Assembly (NCBI RefSeq): GCF_009914755.1
Contig: NC_060934.1
Source of the DNA: the human T2T-CHM13v2.0 reference genome, Homo sapiens
Direction: 5' to 3' (one strand)
DNA length: 64,000 nucleotides
In this document: in pieces, positions 1 through 34,830 of the stretch
Layout of the letters: each line of letters begins with the position of its first letter
Numbering within the stretch: the first letter of the stretch is position 1
Notes under the pieces: model-generated
Told to the model about the DNA's origin: nothing
Database searches by the model: none
The model's input: only the letters and a program-made list of their open reading frames with translations
Made by a program: the position numbers and the translations under genes

Positions 1-3808
<3,808 letters not shown>

Positions 3809-6800
3809 TATATTTTCTAGTTTGTGCACATAGAAATGTTTACAGGAGTCACTGATACTCTCTTGTATTTCTCTGATATCAGTTTTAATGTCACCTTTAT
3901 CATTTCTTTCTTTTTTTTTTTTGAGGCTCGCTCTGTTGCCCAGGCTGGAGGGCAGTGGGGCAATCTCAGCTCACTGAAACCTTGACCTCCCAGGTTCAAG
4001 CGATTCTTCTGCCTCAGCCTTCCAAGTAGCTGAGATTACAGGCACACACCACCATGCCTGGCTACTGTTTTTTGTATTTTTAGTAGAGGCGGGGTTTCAC
4101 CATGTTGGCCAGGCTAGTCTCGAACTCTTGACCTCAAGTGACCCTGCCTCAGCCTCCCTAAGTGCTGGGATTACAGACGTAAGCCACTTTGTCCAGCCTC
4201 ACCTTTATCTTTTCTGTATTGTATTTTTTTGAATATTCTTTTTTTTTCTTTGTTAGCTAGCTGACTATCAATTTTGTTTATCCTTTCAAAGAACCAAATT
4301 TTTGTCTCATTGATCCTTTATACCTATTTTTTTTCTTGTCTCAATTTCATTTAGTTATGGTGTGACCATTCTTATTTCTTTTCTTCTGCTAACTTTGGGC
4401 TTGGTTTGCTCTTATTTTTCTAGTTCCTTAGAAGTGACTTTAGGTGGTGAGTTTGAGGTCTTTCTATCTTTTCAGGGAGGGTTTAACACTATAAATTTAT
4501 CTCTTAGCACTGCTTTCCCATATCCGAGAGATTTTGGCATGTTGTATGTCTATTTTCATTCATTTCAAAAAATCTGTTGAATTCTGAATTTCATTCTTTA
4601 CCCAAAAGTTGTTCAGGGACACATTGTTTAATTTTTCATGCACTTGTATAGCTTTGAGAGTTCCTCTTGATATTGATTTCTAGTTTTATTCAACTGCAGT
4701 CTGAAAAAATACTTGATATGATTTTGAGTTTTTAATTTTATTGAGACTTGCTTTATAACCAAGGATGTGGTCAATTTTTGAGAATGGTTCATGTGCAGGT
4801 GAGAAAAATGTGTATTCTGTAGTTGTTAGGTAGAATGTTCTGTAAATGATTATGATGTCCATTTGGTTCATATTCCAGCTTAAGTCCAGAGAGTTTTTTT
4901 TTTGGCTGATTTTCTGTCTCAATGATCTGCAACATTTATAAGTGGGGTGTTGATGTCATTTACTATTATTGTACTTCTCCCAGTCTGTTTTCTTAGGTGT
5001 AGTAGTATTTCTTTTATGAATCTGGGTGCTCCAATATTGAATACATTTATATTTAGGATGGTTAAATCTTCTTGCTGTATGGAATCTTTATAATATAACG
5101 CTCTTCTCTGTCTTTTTAAAATATCATTGGTATAAAAGTCTGTTTTATCTAGTATAAGAATGGCTAGTCCTGCTTGCTGACATTGATATATCATGTAAAT
5201 GAAAACAAATCTGTAGGTGTCATTAGACCTAATGGTAGATCTCCTGTAGATAAAAGCTGTTGGGTCTTGTCCTTTTATCAAATTTTCTGTTCTATTTCTT
5301 TTAAGTGGAGGATTTAGGTAATTTATGCTCAAGGTTAACCTAGATATATGAGCTTTTGTTTCTGTCATGGTCTTGTTAGCCAATTGCTTTAGAGACTCAA
5401 TTGTGCAATTACTGTATAGTAATTATGACCTGTGTACTTCATGTCCTTTTATGATGGTATCATAATATTTTTATATTTAAGATTCCTCTGAGCATTTCCT
5501 GAAGGGCTAGTCTGGTGGTGACAAATTCCCTTAAAATTTGCTTGTCTGTGAAAGATGATTTCTCCATTTTTTTCTATAAAAAGGCTAAAAATAGGCCCCC
5601 AATATCTTCCGACTTTTAGGTTTTCTGCTGTTAAATCTATTTAGTATAATAGGATTTTCTTTAGAGGTGATTTGTAGCTTCTCTGTAGCTGCTTTTAAAA
5701 TTTGTTCATTCTTATTGACCTTGGGTGGTCTGGTGACTGTATGCCTTGTCGATGTACATTTAGCATAGTATCTTTCAGGTATTCTCTGAATTTTTTGAAT
5801 CTCATTTCTAAATGTCTATCAGGATAAAGAAAATATTTCTGCATTATTTCTTCTACTATGTTTTTCAAACTTCTTACTTCTCTTCATCTTCCTTAGAAAT
5901 GCTTATTAGTTGTAGATTTGATGGCTTTATATAATCCCATATTTCTCAAAGCCTTTGTTCATTTATAACAATTATTTTCTTTTTTAAATTTCTGACTGGA
6001 TTAATTTGAAAGACTAGTCTTCAAGATATGAAATGCTTTCTTCTGCTGGTTTAGTCTACTCTCAAAGATTTAAACTGTATTTTAAAATTCCTTCAGTGAA
6101 TTTTTTTGTTTTCAAATTTTTGGTTTTTTCCCAAAATAAGTATATCTTTTTTTCTTTCCTTGATTGCTTTTGTAGTTTCTTTGTGTTTGTTTTTGACCTT
6201 CTCTGGATCTTATTGAGCTTTCTTATAATCCATACTTTGAATTCTATACCTGACGTTTCTCAATTTTATTTTGATTAGGGTCCATTGCTGGAGACTTAGT
6301 GTAATTGTTTGACAGTACCACAACATTCAGATTTTTTATGGTGCAAGAATTCTTGTACTGGATTTTTTTCTCATTTGGAGAAGCCGAGAGTTCTTGGTTT
6401 GAATTTACATTCATTCCGATGGAATTCTTTTCTCTATTTTTGCTTTATACCTCTGCCCTTGAGGGTGTGATTGTAGAGTGTCATGAGTAGTGTATTTTGG
6501 CTTTGCTTCAATAGCCCTATGGCACTTGTGTTGGTAGGTTTTTACATTGAGTTGCGCAGTTCAATTCACAGGCCAGTAGAGGGTACTTATGAGTAAGAGC
6601 CAGCTGTGCCAAAGCAGATGGGTATATACTCGATCTTTGTTTACTGTGTGAGGCTTTCTGTTGTTTCAAGTGATGGGATGGACCGTGGAATGATCAGTGC
6701 CCTGAGCTTCCTATTCAGTGTGTGACAGAGATATATCTGGGTAGAGCTGGAGTAGCTTAATTACCTGCAAATACCCCAGTGATGAGCACAGGCACCAGCC

Positions 6801-7320
6801 CAAAGAGAGGTTACCAGAGAAACTTCTGTTGTAAAGCATGAAGTTCTCTGTGGGGGTTAGGAAACTGCACTGATCCACAACCTGGGTAGTCAGTAACACA
6901 ATCTGTTTCCCTAATACATCCTTGTCTTGGGCCTTGTGACTCTCAGTTCAGATGCACACTGCTGTCTATCTCCAGGCCACAGTGTAGCTGAGAGCCATAA
7001 AATAAAAAACTACTGTCCCATAGCTCTCTAAGGAAGTGATAATTGGGGTAGAACCTCTTCACCCAGTTCAATATAGACAGCTTTGTGGCTCTCATGTAGT
7101 GTGAGGTGGTAATGCTGCTTCTTCATGGAGATAGAAGGAGAGGCTCCACCTTTCAGCACTTCTGTGTTGGTATCAGCTATATTGGTGTCATCTGGTTGGG
7201 TCAGCCCAGTCTCAGGACCCCAGGGAAGTGATCACATGCCAGCATTGTTATACTGTGTTGGGCAATTTTCCAATTTCAAATTTCACATTTCCCAGGCCCC
7301 TACATGGTAATGGAATGGCA
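3809..7320 (-). mobile_element. Old degraded L1 (L1M-type): endonuclease, ORF1 and 5' region
   Basis: ORFs 4919-5383 and 4686-4922 are diverged L1 endonuclease (NIGAPRFIKEIL, FSKIDHILG). Boundaries approximate. Confidence 0.75.
3908..4198 (-). mobile_element. AluS
   Basis: Poly-T plus Alu dimer; TSD tcacctttatc(a/t)tttct at 3891 and 4199. Confidence 0.95.
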
Positions 7321-7949
7321 TGTATGAGGAAAGAAGACTGATGAGTGGTGATGAAATTACAAGACAAAGTGAGACTGTTCTGTCCTAGAAGTCAGATGAA
7401 GAAATTGTTTTAAGAAAAGAGTCAAATGCTATTAATAGGACAAGTAAGATGGAGTCTCAACATTGACCATTGGGATTGACTATTGACCTTTACAAAGTCA
7501 AGAATGTTTTGATAGCATGATGGAGGCAAGAGTCAGAATAGTGTGCATTCAATAAAGTGTAGGATGAGAGTAATTAGATACAGAGTGTAGAACATGTTCA
7601 AATAATGGCCTGTAAAGGGGACCAGACGATTGAGCAACCACCGAAGAAGAAAACGGAGTAAAATGAGGGTTATTTTTGTGATGACAGTAAAAACAGCATG
7701 CCTGTGTGCTCTTAGGGAGAACTTAGCAGAGAGAAAAAAAACTGATGATGCAGGAAAGAGAGAATGAGAATTGCTGAAATTACGTCCAAATTAGTTTTCT
7801 GTTCCTGCTGTAACAAATTACCACAAACGTTATGGCTTGAAACACCACAAATTAATTTTCTCGAAGTTCTGGAGACTAGAATTCCAAAGTCTGGTTCAAT
7901 GGGCTAATGTCAATGTGGCCACAGGCCTAAACATGTATTTTTCAGAACA

Positions 7950-9550
7950 TATCTCTAATGTTAGGTAATACATGACTGCAATTACTTTGTCATTTTTTAT
8001 TTATGTCTTTAGCTTTTTGTCCTTCATATCCTCATATCCTTAATTAACAATGTTTTTTGTGTATGATTTTTAATAATATTTGTATTCCTTTCTCAATTGC
8101 TCTTTTATTTATTCTGTAGTTATTTTCTTTGTAGTTACTCTTGGGATTATATACAGCACCCTATAGTTATAACAATCTACTTTGAAAGCAATGCCAATTT
8201 AACTGCAATCCTATACAAAACTTCTTCCACAGCTTCGTTTCCACTTCACATTATTGATTTCATGAATTACAAATTTATACATTGTGTACATGTTAACATA
8301 GATTTATACTTACTTGTACACATTTGTATTTTAAACGTTGAAGAAGTGTAGAATAAAACCAAACTTTCAAAAACACATATTTTCACATTTTGCCATATGT
8401 ATACCTTTAGTAAAGGGCTTCATACTTCTATATGGTTTCAGGTTACTGTCTAAAATGCTTTTATTTTAAGCTGAATTAGTCCCTTTACCATTTCTTGCAA
8501 AGCAGATCTAATGGCAATGGACTCTTGCAGCTTTTATCTCACATTGTATTAATAACTTTCTAATTAAAAAAAAATTTTTGCCAAATATAGATTTGTTGGT
8601 TGGCAGTTTTATTTTTACCACATTAAATGTATTACCTATTACATCCTTCAAATTGTCTAATCAAAAATCTGTTGATCATCTTGAACAGAATTTATTGTTC
8701 TGTACATAATACAGAGTTATGTTTCTCCTGCTGCTTTTAAGATAGTCTACTTGTTGTTGGCTTTTAGAGTTTGATTTTAATGTATGTGGGCCTTGGTCTC
8801 TTTATCTGAACTCCAGTTCTTTAAGTTACTCACATATTTAGATTCATGTCTGTTGCCAATTTGAGAACTTTTTGATGATTGTTTTCACCACATAATCTCT
8901 CCACCCCCATAGGCTCCTGCTTCTCCTTCTCAGAATCCAATGCTGTGTATACTACTTGGCTTGATGGTGTCCTACAAGCCCTTTAGGGTCTGTTCACATC
9001 TCTTTACTCTTTTTTTTTTTTTTGCCTTAGACTCAAGGATGTAAAATATCTTATCCCTAAACATGTAGATTATATCTTCATTCTGCTCAAATTGCTGTTG
9101 AAATCCTCTAGTGAGATTTTCACTTCAGTTATATCGTTCAGCTCCAAAATTTGTTTGGTTTATTTTGTATAATTTCTACATCATTGTTGATACACTCATT
9201 TTTCCATATATGCTTTTCCCAATTTCCTGTAGTTCTATTTCCATATTTTTAATTGGAAATTTTAGCATATTTAAGATAATTGTTTTAAAACCTTTCTCTA
9301 CTAATTTCAGTGCTCATGGTTCTTCAAAAATAATTTCTGTCAACTCGTTTTCTTTCTTATAAGGGACTGTGTTTTCCTGTTTCTTTATATACCTTATTAT
9401 TTTATTTGAGCATTTCAAAATATAGACATTTTTCTAACTCTTTATAGATTTGTTCTGTGTCATGACGATTATCAACTAATATGCTTGGTATGTTCTTAGT
9501 CTTAGCATAAGCCCAACATAAAACCCTAAGGCCTTGTCAGCAATTCTCTG
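7950..9550 (-). mobile_element. Highly degraded L1M fragment
   Basis: T-rich sequence resembling old L1 ORF1/linker antisense; no ORF support. Boundaries approximate. Confidence 0.45.
9531..9539 (-). promoter_or_regulatory. Candidate antioxidant response element (NRF2 core TGACnnnGC), about 1.4 kb upstream of the AKR1C3 ATG
   Basis: gccttgtca reads TGACAAGGC on the - strand. AKR1C genes are established NRF2 targets; motif match only. Confidence 0.35.
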
Positions 9551-10246
9551 AACTTGTATCTGCCTGGACTGTGTGTGCCCATTAGTAGTTCCCCCAAATA
9601 CCTACTGGCTTTTGAATAGCTTACTATTTCAAAAATTCACACCCCAGCTTCCCCTCAATGGGTTAGACGGACTATTGCACGTCTCTTCCCCTAATCTCTT
9701 GCCCTTGGCATCATACTACATTTCTACTCAGCACCCCCATAAATAAATAAGTTTATTTTAGTCAATTTCAGATCACTTCTTGACGCGTCCATGAGACAAG
9801 TAGGGGCCTTTTGATCCACCATATTGCTGAAATCACTCTGTAAAAGCTTTCAATGATTTTATATTATATTGTATCAATGTATAATAATTAACTTATTTCT
9901 CAACTTACTTTTTGGTTATTATTTGAGGAAAAGTAAATAGAACGAAATCAGGGCATTGCAAGTTCTGACAACTCCAAGATGTTGATAATGTATTGTGCAA
10001 ACTACATTCATCATGTTCTAATCTGCCCTCCAAAGGAAGGAACAAGTGAAAACTATCCCACATGAGAATTATTCATCCATTTATATGTAATTAATTTCCA
10101 GTTTTTCCTTACAAATAATGTTTAACAAGATGACAGATTATATAAAATGGTTATCAGTTTTTTGGCTAGTTACTTCTTGATAGTCTGTAATAAACCTGGT
10201 TGAAGAACAAATACTATTAAGGCACTGCTTGCATATATTAAATGAT

Positions 10247-10277
10247 GTCCAAACTCCAAAAACTGTTAATAATTAAC
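10247..10277 (+). promoter_or_regulatory. HNF4-like plus HNF1 site pair upstream of AKR1C3
   Basis: GTTAATAATTAAC (10265-10277) matches the HNF1 consensus GTTAATNATTAAC. GTCCAAACTCCA (10247-10258) is a degenerate HNF4 site. The module is conserved in the pseudogene promoter. Confidence 0.6.
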
Positions 10278-10824
10278 ACTCCAATAAAAACTACACCAGA
10301 ATTTCTTTTTATTTGCACCCTCATCAGGATTACAGCTTTATCAGGACTGCATCTTCTTCAGAAATGAATATTTCTCTTACAACGCAAAGAAAGAAAAATC
10401 AAAATAAATTTTCTGATTGAAAATGTAAAAAGGCAAATATTTTTACAGTTTTAACTTTAATTTTTTATTGAGGACCAACTATTTGAAAAATTCTCATTAG
10501 TCATTCCTTTAAATTATGTGTATGTGAGAGAAAGATGTAAGATGGTTAATTATTTCAAATGATGCAGTATAAAGAAGGGGCATTATCACGGCAGAAACGA
10601 AAAAAGATATTTGTAGCTGGAGGTTTTTATAGTCTAACATATGGTTGCTATTTGTTCTACAAATCCTTTTGAATAATTTAATATAGAGATTTCGAATAGA
10701 AAATAATACTTTAGATAGAAATTAATGAGTTTATTATAACCATATATTATAATAATTTACTTAGGAATTCTCTTTGATAAGAAACAAATGAACTGAATGC
10801 AATTTTCTCCACAGACCATATAAG

Positions 10825-10969
10825 ACTGCCTGTGTACCTCCTCCTACATGCCATTGGTTAACCATCAGTCAGTTTGCAGGGGTGGGGGGAGGGGTTTCCT
10901 GCCCATTGTTTTTGTAATCTCTGAGGAGAAGCAGCAGCAAACATTTGCTAGTCAGACAAGTGACAGGGA
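10825..10969 (+). promoter_or_regulatory. AKR1C3 proximal promoter and 5' UTR: CCT repeat, inverted CCAAT box, G-rich Sp/KLF box
   Basis: cctcctcct 10837-10845, ATTGG 10853-10857, gggtggggggagggg about 10880-10894, directly upstream of ATG 10970. Confidence 0.7.
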
Positions 10970-24005
<13,036 letters not shown>

Positions 24006-24162
24006 CATGGAGAGCTTTGCCTGATGTCTACCAGAAGCCCTGTGTGTGGATGGTGACGCAGAGGACGTCTCTATGCCGGTGACTGGACATATCACCTCTA
24101 CTTAAATCCGTCCTGTTTAGCGACTTCAGTCAACTACAGCTGAGTCCATAGGCCAGAAAGAC

Positions 24163-24168
24163 AATAAA
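24163..24168 (+). terminator. AKR1C3 polyadenylation signal
   Basis: AATAAA 158 nt after the stop codon, followed by T/GT-rich downstream sequence. Confidence 0.85.
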
Positions 24169-24253
24169 TTTTTATCATTTTGAAATAATTGAATGTTTTC
24201 TCAAAGATTCTTTACCTACTCTGTTCTGTAGTGTGTGTTTTCTTCTGGCTCAG

Positions 24254-24255
<2 letters not shown>

Positions 24256-24284
<29 letters not shown>
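24256..24284. repeat. (GT)n microsatellite, about 14 units
   Basis: Perfect gt run. Confidence 0.95.
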
Positions 24285-24286
<2 letters not shown>

Positions 24287-24835
24287 TTCTTCTGGCTCAA
24301 CAGGGCTAAAAACTGTGTGATTTGCCTGTAAGTTAGGAGTGGGGGAATAATAATCATTTATAGACATACTATAGTGGGACTGCAGTAGAGTTTTCAGCCT
24401 CTAGAGAAGGAGCAGGTGACAGGTGTGGATCAGTTAGTGCCTCTTTAGCTCTTTCAGGAAGAACTCGCACAGCATGAACTCTGGAAGGTAAGCGATATTG
24501 ACAGGATGACCAGCAATCCACAGGCTCCCTACAGCAGCGCAAGGGTCAGAGCTCCTGGAGCCTGGGGAGGAGGCATCCCTGTGAGAGGGGTGGTCAGGGC
24601 ACCCACCAAGGAGAAATAATTGAAAGAAGCTATGGGGGAGGTTAGGAGAAGGGAGTCAAGCCCATCTCTGCTTGGAAAATATTGGCACTTTTTTTGATAA
24701 TCATAGTTGTAAATAAAACACTGAACAATGTTTTTAAAAACCGCAGAGCTGAGAGTCCTGCCTTGACCCCCCCAAGTGGGCCCTGTGACACCAGTGCCCT
24801 TGGGGGGCCGTGGTGGGGCAGGACAAACAATGAAC

Positions 24836-25025
24836 TATGTGTACATATGTATGTGTGCATGTGTACGTATGTATGTGTGCATATGTGTACAATGTATGTG
24901 CATATGTACACGTGTGCACATGTGTATATATGTACATATGCACACATGTGTATATGTGTGTACATATGTGTGTGCATGTATATACATATGCACACATGTG
25001 TACACATATTTGTATATAATATACA
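24836..25025. repeat. Degenerate alternating purine-pyrimidine (TG/TA/CA) repeat
   Basis: tatgtgtacatatgtatgtgtgcatgtg...; source of several spurious C/V/H/Y/T-rich ORFs. Confidence 0.9.
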
Positions 25026-26207
25026 AATATTATTTTTGTTTTATACATAAAATAAGGTACACTATCAAATATGAAACACAAAATATCCCAAAGTCATTAC
25101 ATAGTACTGCCAAATTAATATTAAAATGGTAGGTAATACATTTAATCCAATTTTCAAAAATCTCAAACATCTTTTGAAAACATTACGTGGAAAATAAAAA
25201 CATTATGTGGAAAATAGCATGATGCTTTTAAACTTTGGTAACTTTTAGGACCACCTCTTACAAAGACATGTAATTATTCTGCAGTTTTTAGGGGTATAAA
25301 TTTCATCAGCTAATCATGAGGATGCAAATTTTTATTTCAGATGACTCTTTTTGAAAACTTGGGACAATGTCATGGCCTATTGATTAAGGCATTTTGAGAA
25401 GAACAGTGTTTTTTAACCTGGGCACACTTTCTAACACATTCATTCTCAACTGTTCTTATGCTGTTGGCCACCTTAACCCCATCAAAGCCATGTCTCTCAG
25501 CTGATAAGCATCCCCTCAAGTTTCATAGTAACCACAATCTTTTCTTAAATTATTTGTTCCTGAAAATTGGAAAAAGCCATACACTTTGGAGTTCCCTATG
25601 CCAATTTTTGGGTGATTTTCTGTCTATTGTCATTCCATTGATAATCTTACATATTTTCTGGTTTACATACCACTTATAGGCCAAGAAACCCCCAAACAGT
25701 GTCTCTAGCTCTGCTTTTTTCCCCAGACTCCTGAATGGAACATGAAATTATCTACTCTAACATCCCTACATTAGTGTCTAACATTCACTGTTGGCATGCC
25801 TCAAATAAAACTGATATAAACCACTGTCATCCTGTTCCAAATCAACTTTTTTTACTCTAATGATTATTTCACATCTGCTGAAGTTGATTGACATAGTTAT
25901 TAAAGAAACATTCATTTTTTTGAACTTAGTAGTCAAGTGTATAAAGCCAAAGGAAAATTTTTAATTTCTTGAGCATGCAGAACATTTCTTTTTTTAAGAT
26001 GTGAAATAATTATTAGGGTGGTTATTTGTAACTACTAAATTTGCTAGAGGCTTATTCCAATTCTTCACCCTCCATTTCCACTTCCTATTTTTAAAAGAAA
26101 GTTTCTCAGAATTTCATAAAGTTCAATGCCTGGCTTCAGGAACCGTTGGAATGTAACCAAATTCTACAGAAACTACCAATCCTGTTTTCTCTACAAGAAA
26201 TGCTGGA

Positions 26208-30620
<4,413 letters not shown>

Positions 30621-31157
30621 AAGAAATGCTGGAGGTAATACTTCAGTTGAATAGAAGGAAGTAGACAGTAACTCAAAGCCATATAGAGCTATAAACACTT
30701 CTAGTCTATGTAAATAAATATATGGCAAAATATGAAAACATGTATTTTTGAATTTTTGGTTTGTATTCTATTTTTCTTCAGAATTTAAAACACAGAAATA
30801 AGTATAATTATTTGTTAATATGTACACAATATATAATGTCCTAATGAGTGACAAAAATAATATGAAATGGGAAAAAAACCTGGGAAAATTAGTTTTTATA
30901 TGAAATGGAAGTTAAATTGATGTTGATTCAATGTAAATTGTTATAACTCTATGAAGTTGTATGTCATCCAGACAGCAACTACAAAGATAATAACTGTAGA
31001 ATACACTCAAGAGGAAATGAGAAGGGAATCCAAATGTCATTTAAAAAATTACACAATCTCACAAAATAGTAGTAATGACGGATATGAAGGACAAAAGCTA
31101 TAGACATGGAGAAAAACATTAAAAATGGCAAAAGTAACTCTTTTCCCGTCACTAATG

Positions 31158-31638
31158 ACAGTCATGTGTCATGTAATGCCTGGCTATCTTCTTGAGAAGG
31201 GCTTTGTTAGGTAACTTTTTCATTGTGCGAACATCATAGTATATAGATAATTCTCTCAAACCTTGTCATGATCTTATCAGCGATCTTTATGTCATATTCT
31301 AAATCCTTTGTTTTCATTTCAACATTCTTCATAGCATCTTCATCAGAAGTGAAATCCATTTCACCAAACCACTTTCTTTGTTCATCCATAAAGAGCAACT
31401 TCTCATTTGTGAAAATTATATGAGACTGCAACCACTCAGTAATAGTCAATTTTCAATCTAATTCTAGTTCTCTTGCTATTTTCACCAAATCTGCAATTAC
31501 TTTCCCCACTGAAGTCCTGAATTCCTCAAAGTCATCCATCTATGAGGGCTGGAATCAACATCTTCCAAACTCCTGTTCAAGTGTATATTTTGCCCTCCTT
31601 TCATGAGTCACGAATGTTCTTAGTGGCATCCAGAATAG
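31158..31638. mobile_element. Tigger fragments (Tigger3-like start, then Tigger1)
   Basis: ORF 31234-31449 (LLFMDEQRKWF) resembles the Tigger1 transposase C-terminus; similar to 57520-57900. Confidence 0.6.
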
Positions 31639-33340
31639 TGTATTAGCGTTCTCCAGAGGGACAGAACTAGTGGAATATATATATATATTTAAATATATAT
31701 AAAGGGGAGTTTACTAAGTATGAACTCACGTGATCACAAGGTCCCACAACAGGCCATCTGCAGGCTGAGGAGCAAAGAGAGCCAGCCCGAGTTCCAAAAC
31801 TGAAGAATTTGGAGTATGATGTTCAAGGGAAGGAAGCATCTAGCACAGGAGAAAGATATAGACTGTGAGGCTAGGCCAGTCTCTCCTTTCATGTTTTTCT
31901 GCCTGCTTATATTCTAGCCATGCTGACAGCTGATTAGATTCTGCCCACCCAGATTAAGGGTGGGTCTGCCTTTTCTAGCCCACTGACTCAAATGTTAATC
32001 TCTTTTGGCCACACCCTCAGAAACACACCCAGGATCAACACTGTATTCTTCAATCCAGTGAAGTTGACACTCAGAATTAACCATCCCAAGTCTACCCTTT
32101 GTTAACTTGAACCCATACACATCTCCTGAGATCATACATAGTATTCAAATAAATACAATAATAAGGTCATAATTATGCCTAATACAACTATCCTTCCTAC
32201 AACCGGAAACGCACCAATCCTCACCCCAAATACTATTACATAAAGTAAACAATACTTAAATGCTGATGTGAAGTCAATAAATCTTATGTCACATGATAAA
32301 GAAAATAAAATGAAGATTTTTTTTAGTACAAGTATATACATGCACAAATATGGTTTTAACAAAAGGAGGAAATACTCATGACAATTACCGTCCTCTTTTC
32401 TGCAGTTGGTCACATGGTCATAGCCAGTATTGATGACTACCTTCTTCTACTACCCAGTATGCATACCTATGTATACCTGATATACAAGCACCTCAGCAGG
32501 TCATGTTTTTTTCCTGGTGGAGTGACCCAAACCTTCATTTTTGAAGGATCTGGGTCACTTGTAGTCCTGCTGGATTGGGCTGTTGTAGTTTCCCATTGAC
32601 CTTAATCACACAGCATGGTAATACTAAGCGACGCCCTAATGCATACTCTTCCTTACCTCTGTTGTGAAGTAGTAGACTGATTTCATCTTGATAGCCCGGG
32701 TCAATCACCCCAGCCAACACTGTACCTCCCTTCTTACCCTGTTGACTTAAAGGTAGGAGGAACCCAAAGTGTCCAGATGACTATCTTTCAGTTTAATGGA
32801 ATTGTCATTGTGTCTCCCGGTGGCAGCGTTCTTCCCTCTAGAACTAAGATCTCTAGGCCAGCAGAAGGTGAAGTCACAGGAATAGGAAGCAAAAATTTTG
32901 TTAGTGGATCACTAGGGGTTATGCTGAGTGGTGCCACTTCCACTTCCACCCCTTGATTCCTGGACCGTGAATCCTGGCTATGAGAGAAACAGTACTAATA
33001 CATTGGATGCTGATTCAGGGCATACACAGCCTTCTGGAGAACTTTGCCCCATCCCTGCAAAGCACTGTCACCAACTTTCTAATCATGCTTCTTCCAAGTC
33101 CCTGACCACCCAGCCAAAATATTGGCTACAGGCCATGAATCACTATATAATCACACATCTGGTCATTTCTCCTTCCATGCAAAGTGCACAACCAGGTGCA
33201 CTGCTTGAAGTTCTGCCCACTGGGAAGATTTCCCTTCATTGCTGTCCTTCAGGGATGTAGGACATCAAAGGGGCTGTAGTGCTGCAGCTGTCTGCTTTTG
33301 GGTGGCCCCTGCGTATCATGCAGAACCATCTGTGAATGAC
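31639..33340 (-). mobile_element. HERV-L relic: MLT2A LTR (31639-32087) plus internally deleted internal region
   Basis: tgtattag(g/c)gttctccagagggacagaac LTR end, adjacent polypurine tract, and dUTPase-like ORF 32535-32720 (LAGVIDPGYQDEISLLLHN). Confidence 0.8.
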
Positions 33341-33344
33341 TTAC

Positions 33345-33661
<317 letters not shown>

Positions 33662-34057
33662 AAGGTGCTTCCTAAACATGAGTCTACAAAATAGCCACAT
33701 TTAATTCACCGCTTAACCACTTTTAAATGTTAGTTTCCTGAGCCAAAATGAGGATTCAGAAGCAAACAATGAGGTAGCGGACTTGAGCTGCCCTCAGATA
33801 ACAAGACCTATTTGTACATTTGGCTCCAGGGTGGTCTTCAACTATAGGAGATACTGGTTCATGGAGATATGGGAAGAAACATATCCACCCTCAATCGAGG
33901 ATTCCTGAAGCAAGCCAGGACCTGGGGTAGGATTGATACCCTCCAGATTGTCTCCAATTTGGAAAACTTTGTCACAAATGGTATGTCTGTGATTATCAGG
34001 TATTAAGATCACCCACTCAGGACATGCTGGTTCTAGGTGTGTAGAGAAATTAGAAAC

Positions 34058-34830
34058 TGTCTTAGTCCATTGTGTTGCTATAAAGGAATACCTGAAGCTG
34101 AGTATTTATAAAGAAGAGGTTTGTTGGCTCACAGTCTGGTGGCTGTACAAGAAGCATAGCATTGGCATCTCTTAGGCCTTTGGTGAGGTCTTCAGGCTGC
34201 TTCCACTCATGGCAGAAAGGAAAGGAGAACCAGCATGTTCCGAGTTCACAGAGTGAGAGAGGAAAGCAAGAGAGGAAAGTAAGGTGCCAGGCTCTTTTTA
34301 ACAAGCAGCTATGAAAAAAGTAATAAAGCCAGAATTCACTTGTTACTGCAGGGAGAGCACCAAGCCATTCATGAGAGATCTGCCCCCATGACCATAATGA
34401 CTTCACTAGGCCTCACCTCCTACATCGAAAATTCAGCATATGGTTAGGAGGGTCAAATATGCCAACCATAGCATTCTGCCCCTGATCCATAACCTCATGT
34501 TCTTCTTACACGCAAAATGTAGCCATTTCATCCCAATAGTTCCCAAAAGTTGTGACTTGGTCTAGCACCAACTTAAAATTCCAAAGTATAAAAATTCATA
34601 TCAGACTCAAGGCAACTTCCTGCCAGTTATGAGCCTATGAAGTCAAAAATAAGTTATTTACTTCCAAAGTACAACCATGTTATCCATTGTGGGTAAACAT
34701 TCCTTTTTCAAAAGGGAAGTTAACCAAAAAAAGGCAGGGGTAGGGACAGGGGAAACAGGACTCATGGAAATCAGAATTCCAGCAAAGCAGACATTAAACT
34801 TAAAGCTTCAGGGTAATTTCTGTTGACTTT
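34058..34830 (-). mobile_element. MST (MaLR) LTR plus internal fragment
   Basis: tgtcttagtccattgtgttgctataaaggaatacctga; paralogous copy from 63384. Confidence 0.8.

Noticed and set aside
24642-25132. Overlapping C/V/H/Y/T-rich ORFs on both strands
   Set aside because: Translation artefacts of an RY simple repeat.
31931-31941. DUX4 site in the MLT2A LTR
   Set aside because: It reads tgattagattc, mismatched at the terminal base of the motif, so activity cannot be supported.
32535-32720. dUTPase-like ORF as a domesticated gene
   Set aside because: Short, internally deleted HERV-L remnant.
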